From IMG/VR virus record IMGVR_UViG_3300045988_151777, positions 1-44,073 of that record: a stretch of DNA of 44,073 bases. One strand, given 5' to 3'. Below are positions 32,904-40,932 of this stretch, in pieces (positions within the stretch are counted from its first letter, which is position 1; every line of letters begins with the position of its first letter). Source of the stretch: a virus. The position numbers and the translations under genes were made by a program. The notes beneath the pieces are model-generated. The model worked only from the letters and a program-made list of their open reading frames with translations. It was not told the DNA's origin and searched no databases.

Positions 32904-33890
32904 TTAAATGGGCTTGTCGTAAGTTGTGAGGATGGATTCCGGAAGTTTGTGAACCGGAACTCCGTCAAAGCTCACCACCTTGCGGCCGGCCACCTCTTCC
33001 CACTGAAGGTTAACGTTGCTGCAGTGGCGAATCTGCTTGCGGAGCATGGCGCGCAACGTACCGTTCATGTACATGGCCGCACCGCTGCCCAAAGACTGCG
33101 GGAACATTTCAACCGCGTCGATCAGCATATCCACCAGATCAAGGCCACCGTCAACCGTAGCCTTTAAGGCGTCCTGGTCGATATTGGCGATTCGAACCAC
33201 CTGGCGGCGATCTTCAACGGCCAGCCCCAACTTCCAGTCGTAGTCAGTCACAACGCCGCGGAAACGCTTGTGGTTCTTGTCGTAGCAGTCCTGTTCACCA
33301 CGGTCGATGCGCTTCAAACCAGCCACACCGCCCTTCGGGAAAATGCCGTGCACAAGGGCCGTATCCCAGTTCACGATGAAAATATCCGTCAACCCCTTGG
33401 CTGCAGAAGCCTGGCCGCCGGCGTCAACCACGACATCTTCGTAGCCGCTACCCGTTTTGTTGTAGCGAGCACGCAGACCATCGAATGACTTCGGATCTTT
33501 CTTCAAGGAGCCGTTGAACATCATGTTCGCGACCTTATGCGCAATACCCACCTGGAAAGCGTGCTCCTGGTTGTAGCGCCATTCGGCCGACGTATCGTTC
33601 AAGGCCAGCAAGTTCACGTCGATCTGCGAGTAGGTCGAGAGCATGCAGGTCGAATCCTGCATCGTGAGACCGCCGGCCTTTTCCGGCGAGACGCCTTCGT
33701 TAAAGCCATGGAGCTGACCTTCCGGGTAATCGGTAATCAGCATCGTCTGGTTGTTCACGCCGTTGTTGCACTGTGCAAAACGCATCTGGTCAAGCAACGG
33801 CATGCACTGAATAATGGAATCGACAACCTTGGTCGGCACTTCCGAAGAAAGGCGGCTCAGGTCGTACAAAGTGCCAGTTCCGTAAGACAT
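32904..33890 (-). CDS. Major capsid protein
   Basis: 328-aa ORF after the scaffold gene and before the cement-like gene. Strong SD. Confidence 0.8.
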   Translation of the reverse strand: MSYGTGTLYDLSRLSSEVPTKVVDSIIQCMPLLDQMRFAQCNNGVNNQTMLITDYPEGQLHGFNEGVSPEKAGGLTMQDSTCMLSTYSQIDVNLLALNDTSAEWRYNQEHAFQVGIAHKVANMMFNGSLKKDPKSFDGLRARYNKTGSGYEDVVVDAGGQASAAKGLTDIFIVNWDTALVHGIFPKGGVAGLKRIDRGEQDCYDKNHKRFRGVVTDYDWKLGLAVEDRRQVVRIANIDQDALKATVDGGLDLVDMLIDAVEMFPQSLGSGAAMYMNGTLRAMLRKQIRHCSNVNLQWEEVAGRKVVSFDGVPVHKLPESILTTYDKPI

Positions 33891-33900
33891 TTACGTCTCC

Positions 33901-34629
33901 TTAATGGTTCATACGAGTATTCGGATATAACTTTCGATAGTCCTCGGCACCGGTATCCACGGCGCCCTTCTTGCCCTGCACGAACGTCCCCTCGGACATA
34001 TCGGCTCCCAACTGCTTCATGACTCCGATGAAATCAGGATCCACGTCCAGATTGAAGGCGCGAATCTTTGCCATCAGCTGAGGTTTGCCGGCGAAGTACT
34101 TGCCGAAAACCGCGTTGGTACGGTTCACGACGGCCGGATCCGTAAATCCGAGTGTCTTGTCCGACAGGGCTTGCTGCCGAAGCTCTGCGCGCTGTTTGGC
34201 GAGCTGTGCCTTCATCCCGGCCATCGTCTGCGCCATGAGCTTGTTGGCGCTGTCCTGGGACAGGTCGAGCTCCTTGGCAACTTCGCTGAAGGCCTGAATA
34301 CCGGCATCGGCCGGATTGAAGCCTTCAAACTGATAGCCTTCCTCGGGGGCGCCCAGCACGGACGGCTTGTCTTTCTCGCCATCCTTACCTTCTTCCTCCT
34401 CGGGCTTCTGGGGATCCGTGCCCTTTAAAAGGCCGTCCTGATCCCCTTCGGGTTTCGGGTCACCTTCGCCGGCATTGGCGGCAGGCTGAGAGTCCGGCGC
34501 CTTCGGATCCACAACCGGCGGAGTGGCCGGGGGCTGATCTTGGGGAGCCGCGGCAGGTGCTGCATCCGTCTCAGTGGGCGCAGCGGCGGGGTTGTTTGCG
34601 TTTTGACCCAGTGCGTTTTCAAGACTCAT
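33901..34629 (-). CDS. Scaffolding protein
   Basis: P/A/E/K-rich, low-complexity N-terminus with a helical C-terminus, located between the portal and capsid genes. Confidence 0.7.
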   Translation of the reverse strand: MSLENALGQNANNPAAAPTETDAAPAAAPQDQPPATPPVVDPKAPDSQPAANAGEGDPKPEGDQDGLLKGTDPQKPEEEEGKDGEKDKPSVLGAPEEGYQFEGFNPADAGIQAFSEVAKELDLSQDSANKLMAQTMAGMKAQLAKQRAELRQQALSDKTLGFTDPAVVNRTNAVFGKYFAGKPQLMAKIRAFNLDVDPDFIGVMKQLGADMSEGTFVQGKKGAVDTGAEDYRKLYPNTRMNH

Positions 34630-34909
34630 CGCTATCTCTCATTTTCAAAAACTGCGGGACTACCTCGGGGGTGAACCGTGCGAGCCGATCCCACAAATAC
34701 AAACCGACGTTGCGCTGCCCTTCGCCGAAGGACATCGTCAACGCATTGGGGTTAAAGCCGTTGCGGAACACGCCGCAAAAGCCCATAGCCCGGTGAAGAA
34801 TGCGCAGTCCGCGTTCGTCAGAAGTGAGCCATTCCCAGTCGTTTTTCTCCCGCTGGGCGGCCTGCTCCTGCTTCTTCTTGGCCTCTGCGCGTTTGTCATT
34901 CGTCGTCAT
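34619..34909 (-). CDS. Bbp19-like small protein (96 aa)
   Basis: WEWLTSDERGLRIL...FGEGQRNVGLYLWDRL resembles Bbp19-family proteins located between portal and scaffold genes. Confidence 0.6.
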   Translation of the reverse strand: MTTNDKRAEAKKKQEQAAQREKNDWEWLTSDERGLRILHRAMGFCGVFRNGFNPNALTMSFGEGQRNVGLYLWDRLARFTPEVVPQFLKMRDSDES

Positions 34910-34934
34910 GCCGGCATCTTCCTCTGTGATTTCG

Positions 34935-34954
34935 TCAACAACTGCACCCCCCTA
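34935..34954 (-). promoter_or_regulatory. Conserved late-region motif, copy 2 (TAGGGGGGTGCAGTTGTTGA)
   Basis: Copy with one extra G. It includes the portal TAG stop and is flanked by ATGCCGGCAT palindromes at 34908-34917 and 34956-34965. Confidence 0.6.
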
Positions 34955-36706
34955 CATGCCGGCATATCCGCTCATGGCTTTCATGGCGTCGGCAGAACTC
35001 GCCTGCGGAATGTTTTTGGCAATGTCGGAGAGCTGCTTGGCGGATTCGAGCTGCTGGGCCTGTTGCTGTTGCTGGGCCCGTTGTTCGCGCTTCTGATCCA
35101 CCTCTTCCTGACTCGGGATGATTTCCGGATCGACCCCCAACTGGTCGGCCAACTTGCGGGCCCACTTGTCCTCGTCGAGGTTGTCGATAGCGTTCGGCCA
35201 AACCTGAGAGGCACCGGCCAGGCTTTGAACGTAGGTACTCATAGCATCCACGCCGGCGGCACGCTGGGCCTGCGCCAGGATCGACACGTACTCAATGTTG
35301 ATGAAATCGCCCGGCCCCTTCTCTTCGGCGTTCTGCGTGTACTCTCGCTCCCCGAAAATGCTGTCCAGGCTCTTAATCTCGTCGGGCATCGGCGGGATCA
35401 GGTCGAAGCGCTGCATGCACTGCAGGGTCGTCGCGATCAGCGGGTCGAGGAGTTCGAGGTGAAGGCGCTCGAGCACCGGGCCCATAATCAGCATCTTTTC
35501 CTTGTCGAGCTTTTCGACTTCGTAAGCCGTGCGGCCGTAGCGAGCCGTCTGAGCCAGCATGAGGAAAAGATCCTTGTAGAAGTAGTTGTTGATGCTCTGA
35601 CGCTTGTCGTCAATGTCCACCTTAACGGCGTTTAGATCTAGCCTGACATCCCAGGCAGTCTTCACCTGCTGCGCCTGCGTGAGATTGCAGTAGCTGACGC
35701 CGCCGGGCCCGAAGTCGAGCGGCTTGCTCTCATACTCTTCCGGAACGAGCAACGGAGGGTTCACCGCATAGTCCGTGCCGCGCTCCTTGATGGTTGTTTC
35801 TTCCTGCAGCGCCATCACAACGCCCAGGGCCTTCATGCCGGGGCTGCGGCCGTATGGGGACCGCTTGCTGATGGCCCAGCGCGGGACAAGGCACGGGAAC
35901 GTCTTAAAGCCCTCCTCTCGAAGCACTCGATCCTGAGCGTTCGGGAGTTCGTCCGATCCAATCTCATCGGTGTATCGGCCGGCCGTCTCTTCGAAGTAGA
36001 CCCCGCGATAGGGCATGGAGTACTTGTCCTTCTTCGTCGGGTCGTAGTCCGGCCGCGGCTCAATGGCGTGGATGACCGTATGAGTCTTGAAGCATTGAGC
36101 GGGGTTCTTGGCCTCCCGGCGAACGCCGTCGCTCACGGCAGATTCCCCGAAGACTTCCACCATCTGGGCGGATGTCATGACAATCTGTCGATAGACGGTG
36201 TTCACCCGCTGTTCTGCGTCCTCTTCGATCCAGTACTCGCCGGCGGTCATCTCATGCAAATGGATGACCCTGCGGTCGGACGGCAACGCCACCAGGCAGG
36301 CCGTGCCGTAGCAGGCAAGTTCCAGGTAGGCATTGTTGAGCGCTTGGTAGACGTTGGACTTCGCGAAGACCATCTGCATTTCGGTCTGCAGTTCGGAGAG
36401 CCAGCGCTTGACGTTGGTGTTCTCATCCAATTCCGGAGAGCGCGTTGTAAGCCGGAACCAAGGGCGCGCCGGCGACGTCATGCCGCCCAGCATGCCGGCC
36501 CCCAGGACATCAATGGCATCCGTGGCCGTCGCGTCGTTGATGAATTCGTAGCCGGTCTCTTCGGACTCAACTCCGGGCACTTCATCAAACCGCCCTGTTT
36601 CCGGCAGGATATAGCGCTGCAGCTTGCGATAAAGCGGCTCAATGGGCGTTCGAGTCGCTTTCATCTGAGCAAGCCGTTGGCGCAGCTCTGATGCTTTTGC
36701 CTTCAT
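34952..36706 (-). CDS. Portal (head-tail connector, T7 gp8-like)
   Basis: 584-aa ORF between the terminase and scaffold genes. Acidic/Q-rich C-terminus. Confidence 0.8.
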   Translation of the reverse strand: MKAKASELRQRLAQMKATRTPIEPLYRKLQRYILPETGRFDEVPGVESEETGYEFINDATATDAIDVLGAGMLGGMTSPARPWFRLTTRSPELDENTNVKRWLSELQTEMQMVFAKSNVYQALNNAYLELACYGTACLVALPSDRRVIHLHEMTAGEYWIEEDAEQRVNTVYRQIVMTSAQMVEVFGESAVSDGVRREAKNPAQCFKTHTVIHAIEPRPDYDPTKKDKYSMPYRGVYFEETAGRYTDEIGSDELPNAQDRVLREEGFKTFPCLVPRWAISKRSPYGRSPGMKALGVVMALQEETTIKERGTDYAVNPPLLVPEEYESKPLDFGPGGVSYCNLTQAQQVKTAWDVRLDLNAVKVDIDDKRQSINNYFYKDLFLMLAQTARYGRTAYEVEKLDKEKMLIMGPVLERLHLELLDPLIATTLQCMQRFDLIPPMPDEIKSLDSIFGEREYTQNAEEKGPGDFINIEYVSILAQAQRAAGVDAMSTYVQSLAGASQVWPNAIDNLDEDKWARKLADQLGVDPEIIPSQEEVDQKREQRAQQQQQAQQLESAKQLSDIAKNIPQASSADAMKAMSGYAGM

Positions 36707-36708
36707 GC

Positions 36709-37023
36709 TCAGCTCCCGAGCGTCCCGCCCTTACCGAGCAAGTCCTTGTTGACCGGCGCCCCTCCGGCCCCTGTCAGGGTGGCCGAGTTACCCATTGCCC
36801 CGGACGTGTCGCCGGCGTCAAGCAAGCCTTCAATATCGGCCTGCTTTCGGTTGGCGCGGTTCTGCGCCTCGTCCTCGGCTGCAAGCTGCTTCTTGGCGGC
36901 CGCCTCCTGTTTACGGGCGTTCTCACGCTGGGCTTTGCGCTCCTTCGCGCTGCTGTAAGCACTGGACGCCGTACTGGCCGCGAGTGCGGCCACAGCGACC
37001 CATGCGGCTGCTGCTAACCCCAT
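36709..37023 (-). CDS. Small membrane/coiled-coil virion-associated protein (104 aa)
   Basis: N-terminal hydrophobic helix followed by a K/E/A/Q-rich helix. It lies immediately upstream of the portal gene. Confidence 0.55.
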   Translation of the reverse strand: MGLAAAAWVAVAALAASTASSAYSSAKERKAQRENARKQEAAAKKQLAAEDEAQNRANRKQADIEGLLDAGDTSGAMGNSATLTGAGGAPVNKDLLGKGGTLGS

Positions 37024-37475
37024 TTGAAGCTCCTTTCGTAGATTTTGGAAACCAAGGTGAAGTAGGGCTTGACAGACAGACTGCGGTCGAGGTGTCCGCC
37101 GGGCGGGCAGCTGATCTCAACGTGCTCAATGCGTTTGGCCTTAGCCAGGCGGTAGGCTGACGCCAGCAAGCGGCTGCCGACGCCTTTGTCGCGGTATTCC
37201 GGGAGAACGAAAAAGCCGTCCGTTGCCAGCATCGGGACGCGGTAATGCAGATGAAGCGTTATCAGGCAGCCGACAATGCCCACGGGCGTGTCATCGTCGT
37301 AGGCGACGTACACCACAAAGCAACCGGTGTTTTCCAGCGCTTCATAGTTCTGCCACGCCACGGCCCAATTACCGAACGACTCAATACCGGACTCGGCGGC
37401 ATACAGATCAAACAACGACTTGAATTTGTCGTCGGTCAATGCTTTGACCGGCGTCATCCGCACAGAAATAGTCAT
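37014..37475 (-). CDS. GNAT-family N-acetyltransferase (153 aa)
   Basis: FVLPEYRDKGVGSRLL provides the acetyl-CoA binding motif (R/Q-x-x-G-x-G/A). AAGGAGGAG lies before ATG 37475. Confidence 0.75.
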   Translation of the reverse strand: MTISVRMTPVKALTDDKFKSLFDLYAAESGIESFGNWAVAWQNYEALENTGCFVVYVAYDDDTPVGIVGCLITLHLHYRVPMLATDGFFVLPEYRDKGVGSRLLASAYRLAKAKRIEHVEISCPPGGHLDRSLSVKPYFTLVSKIYERSFKWG

Positions 37476-37514
37476 GCCCTCCTCCTTCGCCGGCATGATC
37501 GGCGGGGGAATAGG

Positions 37515-37533
37515 TCAACAACTGCACCCCCTA
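37515..37533 (-). promoter_or_regulatory. Conserved late-region motif, copy 1 (TAGGGGGTGCAGTTGTTGA)
   Basis: Identical 17-mer. It includes the terL TAG stop. Confidence 0.6.
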
Positions 37534-39111
37534 CCTATTGAAGCGGCGGCGGTTGGAGAGAGAGTTGCGGCGGGACTCGCGGGTGAAGTAACTGGCACGC
37601 CCCTGATCCGGGCCCACGGACTGAGCACGCTCGTAGACGATTTCAGCGAACGTAAGGGCCAGCGCGTCGGCCTTGTCGGGGGAATGCAGGCCGCGTTTCT
37701 TCATCTCCTCCTTGGACTCAAGCGCCAGGCGGTTGTCGGTGATCTGGTGGAAGTACTCCGGCGCTACGAGGTCATACTTGAGGTCATCGTCATCAGGCAG
37801 TTTAGCCATCGGCCCCTGCAGCCATTCCTTCATGCGGGCCCACATCTCCGAACGCTTGTTGAGGTACACCATCGGCCTATCGGCGCCTTGTCCGAAGTTC
37901 ACCCCGTTCACCGGAAAGTTGGACTCCTTAAGCAGGGTGACGTACGGGTAGCCGATGCCGCCGCTGTCCATGAAGACGTAGACCTTTTCAAAGCCGTAGG
38001 TGTCGTAAAGCCAATTGACGTGCTCTTTGATGCGGGTACACATCGCCGTGACGCTCGTCTCGTGGAAAGCCTCAATCTTGATAACCTCCGGACCAATGCG
38101 CGTAGCGATTGCCGTATCGTCGGAACCGGGGCCGGCCAAGTCCACGCCAACTATGCAGATCGGGTGCTCTCCCGGGTGAAACTCCATGGACGGCCGGGCC
38201 ATGGCGGCTTCTACAATGTTCTGCGGGATAAACTGGCAGTCGGACGCGTTCGGGAACTCGCCCCGGACACGGACGCGGACAAAGTCAGAGTCATAGCCGT
38301 AAAGGTCGATCCAGGCCTGTATAGCGGGCTTATTGGTAATCTGGGCCTCGCGGCTGTCGATCTTGAAACACGTCCACTGGTCTCTGTACTTGTGGAAGAT
38401 ATCGTAGAAAGCGCCGGAGTTTCGGGTAGGGTTGCCGAAGACAAAGAACATCGGCTCACCGTCCGTGAGGCCGCCTTCTGCCACCTCATAGATTTTGTCG
38501 TCGATACCGGAACCCTCGTCAAAGAGATAGAACGACGTCGAGTTGGCGGCGTGCTGGCCGGCGAAGGCTTCGGAGTTCTCTTTGCGGCAGGACTGAGCCG
38601 ACACGAACCATTCGGAGGGCGCTTCACGGCTGCGCAGTTCCATGGAGCCGCGACCGTCCTTCACATCGAACCAATCGTAGGTCAGGGCCTTGGTTGTCCA
38701 AGACTTGATCTGGGCCCACGTACGCGTCGCCAGCTGCCCGTTTGTCGTGGCAGTCACCGTGCCCTTCGCATAGGGCCGGGTGCTCATGATCCAGTCAATC
38801 AGCCAGGAACTCAGGCATGACTTGCCGATACCGTGGCCGCTACTGACGGCGACTCGAATGGGCTTCACGGCGTGCCGGCCGTCGAAGGCATTCTCACGCA
38901 CCTGGCGGCCGATCTCATCCATTACCCGACAACTCCAAGCGTCAGGGCCGTAGTGGCAGTTGGGATACCGGGACCGCCACGGTTCCGGAAGTGTGCACAA
39001 CTGGATGGACGGATTCGAGTCCCATGGGTAGGCGGCAAGAACATACCCCAGGGGATCAGCGTAGAACTGCCCGATGAAATCCGCTAATTCTTGGTTCAAC
39101 TCATCAATCAT
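37531..39111 (-). CDS. terL: Terminase large subunit
   Basis: Walker A-like VSSGHGIGKS. 526 aa from ATG 39111, overlapping the terS stop by 8 nt. The track start 39279 has a junk-like extension. Confidence 0.85.
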   Translation of the reverse strand: MIDELNQELADFIGQFYADPLGYVLAAYPWDSNPSIQLCTLPEPWRSRYPNCHYGPDAWSCRVMDEIGRQVRENAFDGRHAVKPIRVAVSSGHGIGKSCLSSWLIDWIMSTRPYAKGTVTATTNGQLATRTWAQIKSWTTKALTYDWFDVKDGRGSMELRSREAPSEWFVSAQSCRKENSEAFAGQHAANSTSFYLFDEGSGIDDKIYEVAEGGLTDGEPMFFVFGNPTRNSGAFYDIFHKYRDQWTCFKIDSREAQITNKPAIQAWIDLYGYDSDFVRVRVRGEFPNASDCQFIPQNIVEAAMARPSMEFHPGEHPICIVGVDLAGPGSDDTAIATRIGPEVIKIEAFHETSVTAMCTRIKEHVNWLYDTYGFEKVYVFMDSGGIGYPYVTLLKESNFPVNGVNFGQGADRPMVYLNKRSEMWARMKEWLQGPMAKLPDDDDLKYDLVAPEYFHQITDNRLALESKEEMKKRGLHSPDKADALALTFAEIVYERAQSVGPDQGRASYFTRESRRNSLSNRRRFNR

Positions 39112-39499
39112 TTTTCTGCTGCATCCTCGCCCGGGCGGCCAACAAACGATCAGCCACCGACAGTTCTCCGGAAAGGTCGACCTGCTGCACTGGCTTACCT
39201 TCAACGCGGTCAGCAATGGCGACAAAGGCCTTGACGTCCCCCGCCATAGCCGTGGCAATGATGGAATCCACCACGGCATCGCCCACCGTGCCGCCGTCCG
39301 GAAGTTTCTTGGCCAACTTCTTCATGAGGAGCGCGGTGAGGATCTTGTTCTCCCGCCGGGAGACCCCGGAAGCGACCCCGCCTTTTTTCCCTTTTTCTCT
39401 CGCTTCGTCCACGCTTCGAAACGGTTTCAGATTCTCGACCTTCCCCTTCTTGGCGGGCACTGCTTTGGCTTTCTTCGTCGTCTCCTTCTTCTCAGTCAT
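39104..39499 (-). CDS. terS: Terminase small subunit
   Basis: Basic N-terminus with KGGVASGVSRR, and ATAMAGDVKAFVAIADRVEGKP, typical of small terminases. It lies directly upstream of terL. Confidence 0.65.
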   Translation of the reverse strand: MTEKKETTKKAKAVPAKKGKVENLKPFRSVDEAREKGKKGGVASGVSRRENKILTALLMKKLAKKLPDGGTVGDAVVDSIIATAMAGDVKAFVAIADRVEGKPVQQVDLSGELSVADRLLAARARMQQKND

Positions 39500-39714
39500 G
39501 CTCGCCTCAACTCGTTAATCCTTGGCCGGATTTCGCCGCGGCAGATGGCAGCCACCGTAGACCGCGGCATGTCCAGCTTTTCCGAAATCCGGGTGTAACT
39601 CATGCCGCCCTCATGCAGTTGCAGTACCCACCGAACTTCGGCGTCCGTCCACCGGGCCCAGTGATGTGACTGGCCGACGGGCTGGTTTCTATCGTTTCTT
39701 TCGACATACAACAT
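39496..39714 (-). CDS. Sigma70-region-4/LuxR-like HTH protein (candidate late regulator). The coding signal extends upstream of ATG 39714.
   Basis: WTDAEVRWVLQLHEGGMSYTRISEKLDMPRSTVAAICRG is a region-4-type HTH. GC3 stays high in this frame upstream of the ATG. Confidence 0.6.
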   Translation of the reverse strand: MLYVERNDRNQPVGQSHHWARWTDAEVRWVLQLHEGGMSYTRISEKLDMPRSTVAAICRGEIRPRINELRRA

Positions 39715-39895
39715 TTTGGCCGTCTCGGTCTGAGACAAATGCACCCGGTATCCGGAGCCGCAATTCGTGGTAGACGGTCTCGATACACTTGTCCCGTTTG
39801 CGCGTGTCTTCCGGAGTGTTGTGGACGGATGCCGCTTTCCGGAGAAGGAGTTGCGCCCACTCGGGCAGCAAGGTGTGAAAGTTCTCGTCATCCAT
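39689..39895 (-). CDS. Hypothetical protein (68 aa), possibly the N-terminal part of the HTH protein in another frame
   Basis: ATG lies 2 nt after the rusA stop. GC3 is about 77 percent for the first 48 codons and drops to about 30 percent for the last 20. Confidence 0.45.
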   Translation of the reverse strand: MDDENFHTLLPEWAQLLLRKAASVHNTPEDTRKRDKCIETVYHELRLRIPGAFVSDRDGQNVVCRKKR

Positions 39896-39897
39896 GG

Positions 39898-40272
39898 TCA
39901 GGCCTCCTTGATGAAAACATGCACAAGCACATACCCATAACGCTGACGCCCCGAGAACCGATATTGGTGCTCGAGATGGTGGAATTTCCTGTCGTTGATG
40001 CCCAGGCGGTCGGCGATACCGTCGAAGCCGGCCTTCATGGTTGCGACAAGGTTGTCTTCATCGCGAGCCCGGCGGTCGGGCGTGCAAAACTCGCACTGAA
40101 TGTCGACCTTGCCGGCGTAACCATCGAAGGTGAGCGGCGTCGTACATCGGGTAAGGTAGGCCGCGTCGCTTCGGTACCGCTTGACCGCCAGGGCTTTTGC
40201 CGCCCAGTGTCCCCGCCAATTGGGCTTCAACTGTTGCGGGGGCCAGGAAAGTTTCACGACGATCTCTGTCAT
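39898..40272 (-). CDS. rusA: RusA-family Holliday junction resolvase
   Basis: PDRRARDEDNLVATMKAGFDGIADRLGINDRKF matches the RusA catalytic aspartate region. Confidence 0.8.
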   Translation of the reverse strand: MTEIVVKLSWPPQQLKPNWRGHWAAKALAVKRYRSDAAYLTRCTTPLTFDGYAGKVDIQCEFCTPDRRARDEDNLVATMKAGFDGIADRLGINDRKFHHLEHQYRFSGRQRYGYVLVHVFIKEA

Positions 40273-40472
40273 TCGCTCTCATCCTCCCTGTGGTTCTTTT
40301 CGACCTGAGCGTCGCAGACGCCCAGCCAGAAATACCGCTGCTCTAATTTCGTCTTGAACTGTGCAGCCTCGACTGACGGCGCTGAGCCCTTCAGGCCTAC
40401 GTCGTGGCCGACCTTGTAAGCGCGAGTCAGCTTCTCTGCAACAGCACGGGAGACCCCGGTAGGCGTTTTCAT
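40269..40472 (-). CDS. Hypothetical protein (67 aa)
   Basis: ORF with 4-nt overlaps on both sides. Confidence 0.6.
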   Translation of the reverse strand: MKTPTGVSRAVAEKLTRAYKVGHDVGLKGSAPSVEAAQFKTKLEQRYFWLGVCDAQVEKNHREDESE

Positions 40473-40654
40473 TCCTCATCCTCCCTTTCGTACTGAGCGT
40501 GAACGCGGCGGACTTCTCTCTTCAGCCGCATCAACTGCAAAGACAAACCATGTTTTTTGAAATATCGCGGCGCAGTTGTTTCAACATCCGCGAGAACTTC
40601 CACGATCTTGGCGGCGTCCTCAGGCTTCAACTGCACGTGCTTCGGGTTGCTCAT
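40469..40654 (-). CDS. Hypothetical protein (61 aa)
   Basis: AAGGAGGG lies before ATG 40654. ATGA overlap with the upstream ORF. Confidence 0.6.
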   Translation of the reverse strand: MSNPKHVQLKPEDAAKIVEVLADVETTAPRYFKKHGLSLQLMRLKREVRRVHAQYEREDEE

Positions 40655-40932
40655 GCCAATCCCTCCTTTTTGAGTTTTTCGATAAATTCCACAGCGACCT
40701 TTTCGCAGTCCTTTGCTGTCATGCGCCAGGCCGCCGGAACCGGCCACAGTCTGCGTTCGCCCTCATCGAGCCCCACCCAGACGCAAGGCGTCCACTGCAC
40801 GTGCGCCGGAATGCTGATAACGACGTGCCAAGAGTCGTACACCACGTCTTCCGGCCCGAGTACTTTTTCTCTGACAAAGACGTCGCACGAAATCAGACTC
40901 GCGTTAGGATCAAGAAAAGTTTCGGTGCTCAT
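40651..40932 (-). CDS. Hypothetical protein (93 aa)
   Basis: ORF tightly packed within the early operon. Confidence 0.6.
   Translation of the reverse strand: MSTETFLDPNASLISCDVFVREKVLGPEDVVYDSWHVVISIPAHVQWTPCVWVGLDEGERRLWPVPAAWRMTAKDCEKVAVEFIEKLKKEGLA

Noticed and set aside
16333-37533. Recoding or read-through of the motif-associated TAG stops (pyrrolysine or suppressor-type)
   Set aside because: - Only the portal TAG is in frame with the next gene.
- Read-through of the other TAGs quickly hits stops or junk sequence.
- TAG also ends 28455..29054 without the motif.
- No evidence for an alternative genetic code was seen elsewhere.
10348-37533. Reading the repeated motif as a sigma54 (TGGCAC-N5-TTGC), sigma70 or ECF promoter
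   Set aside because: - The GG/GC spacing does not fit sigma54.
- No common -10 hexamer follows at a fixed distance.
- A CGTCT-like element is present after only two copies.
32454-38820. Plus-strand ORFs antisense to the capsid, portal and terminase genes (32454..33167, 33537..34022, 34793..35635, 36068..36691, 37420..38820)
   Set aside because: - They give the same antisense artefact pattern.
- The minus-strand products have clear family motifs and tight operon packing.
40625-40645. Partial motif match GTGCAGTTGAAG (minus strand), and GGGGCGCAGTTGTTTCC on the plus strand near 8077-8096
   Set aside because: - Both are incomplete matches.
- Both lie inside coding sequence, and one is in the wrong orientation.
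- They are most likely chance similarity.
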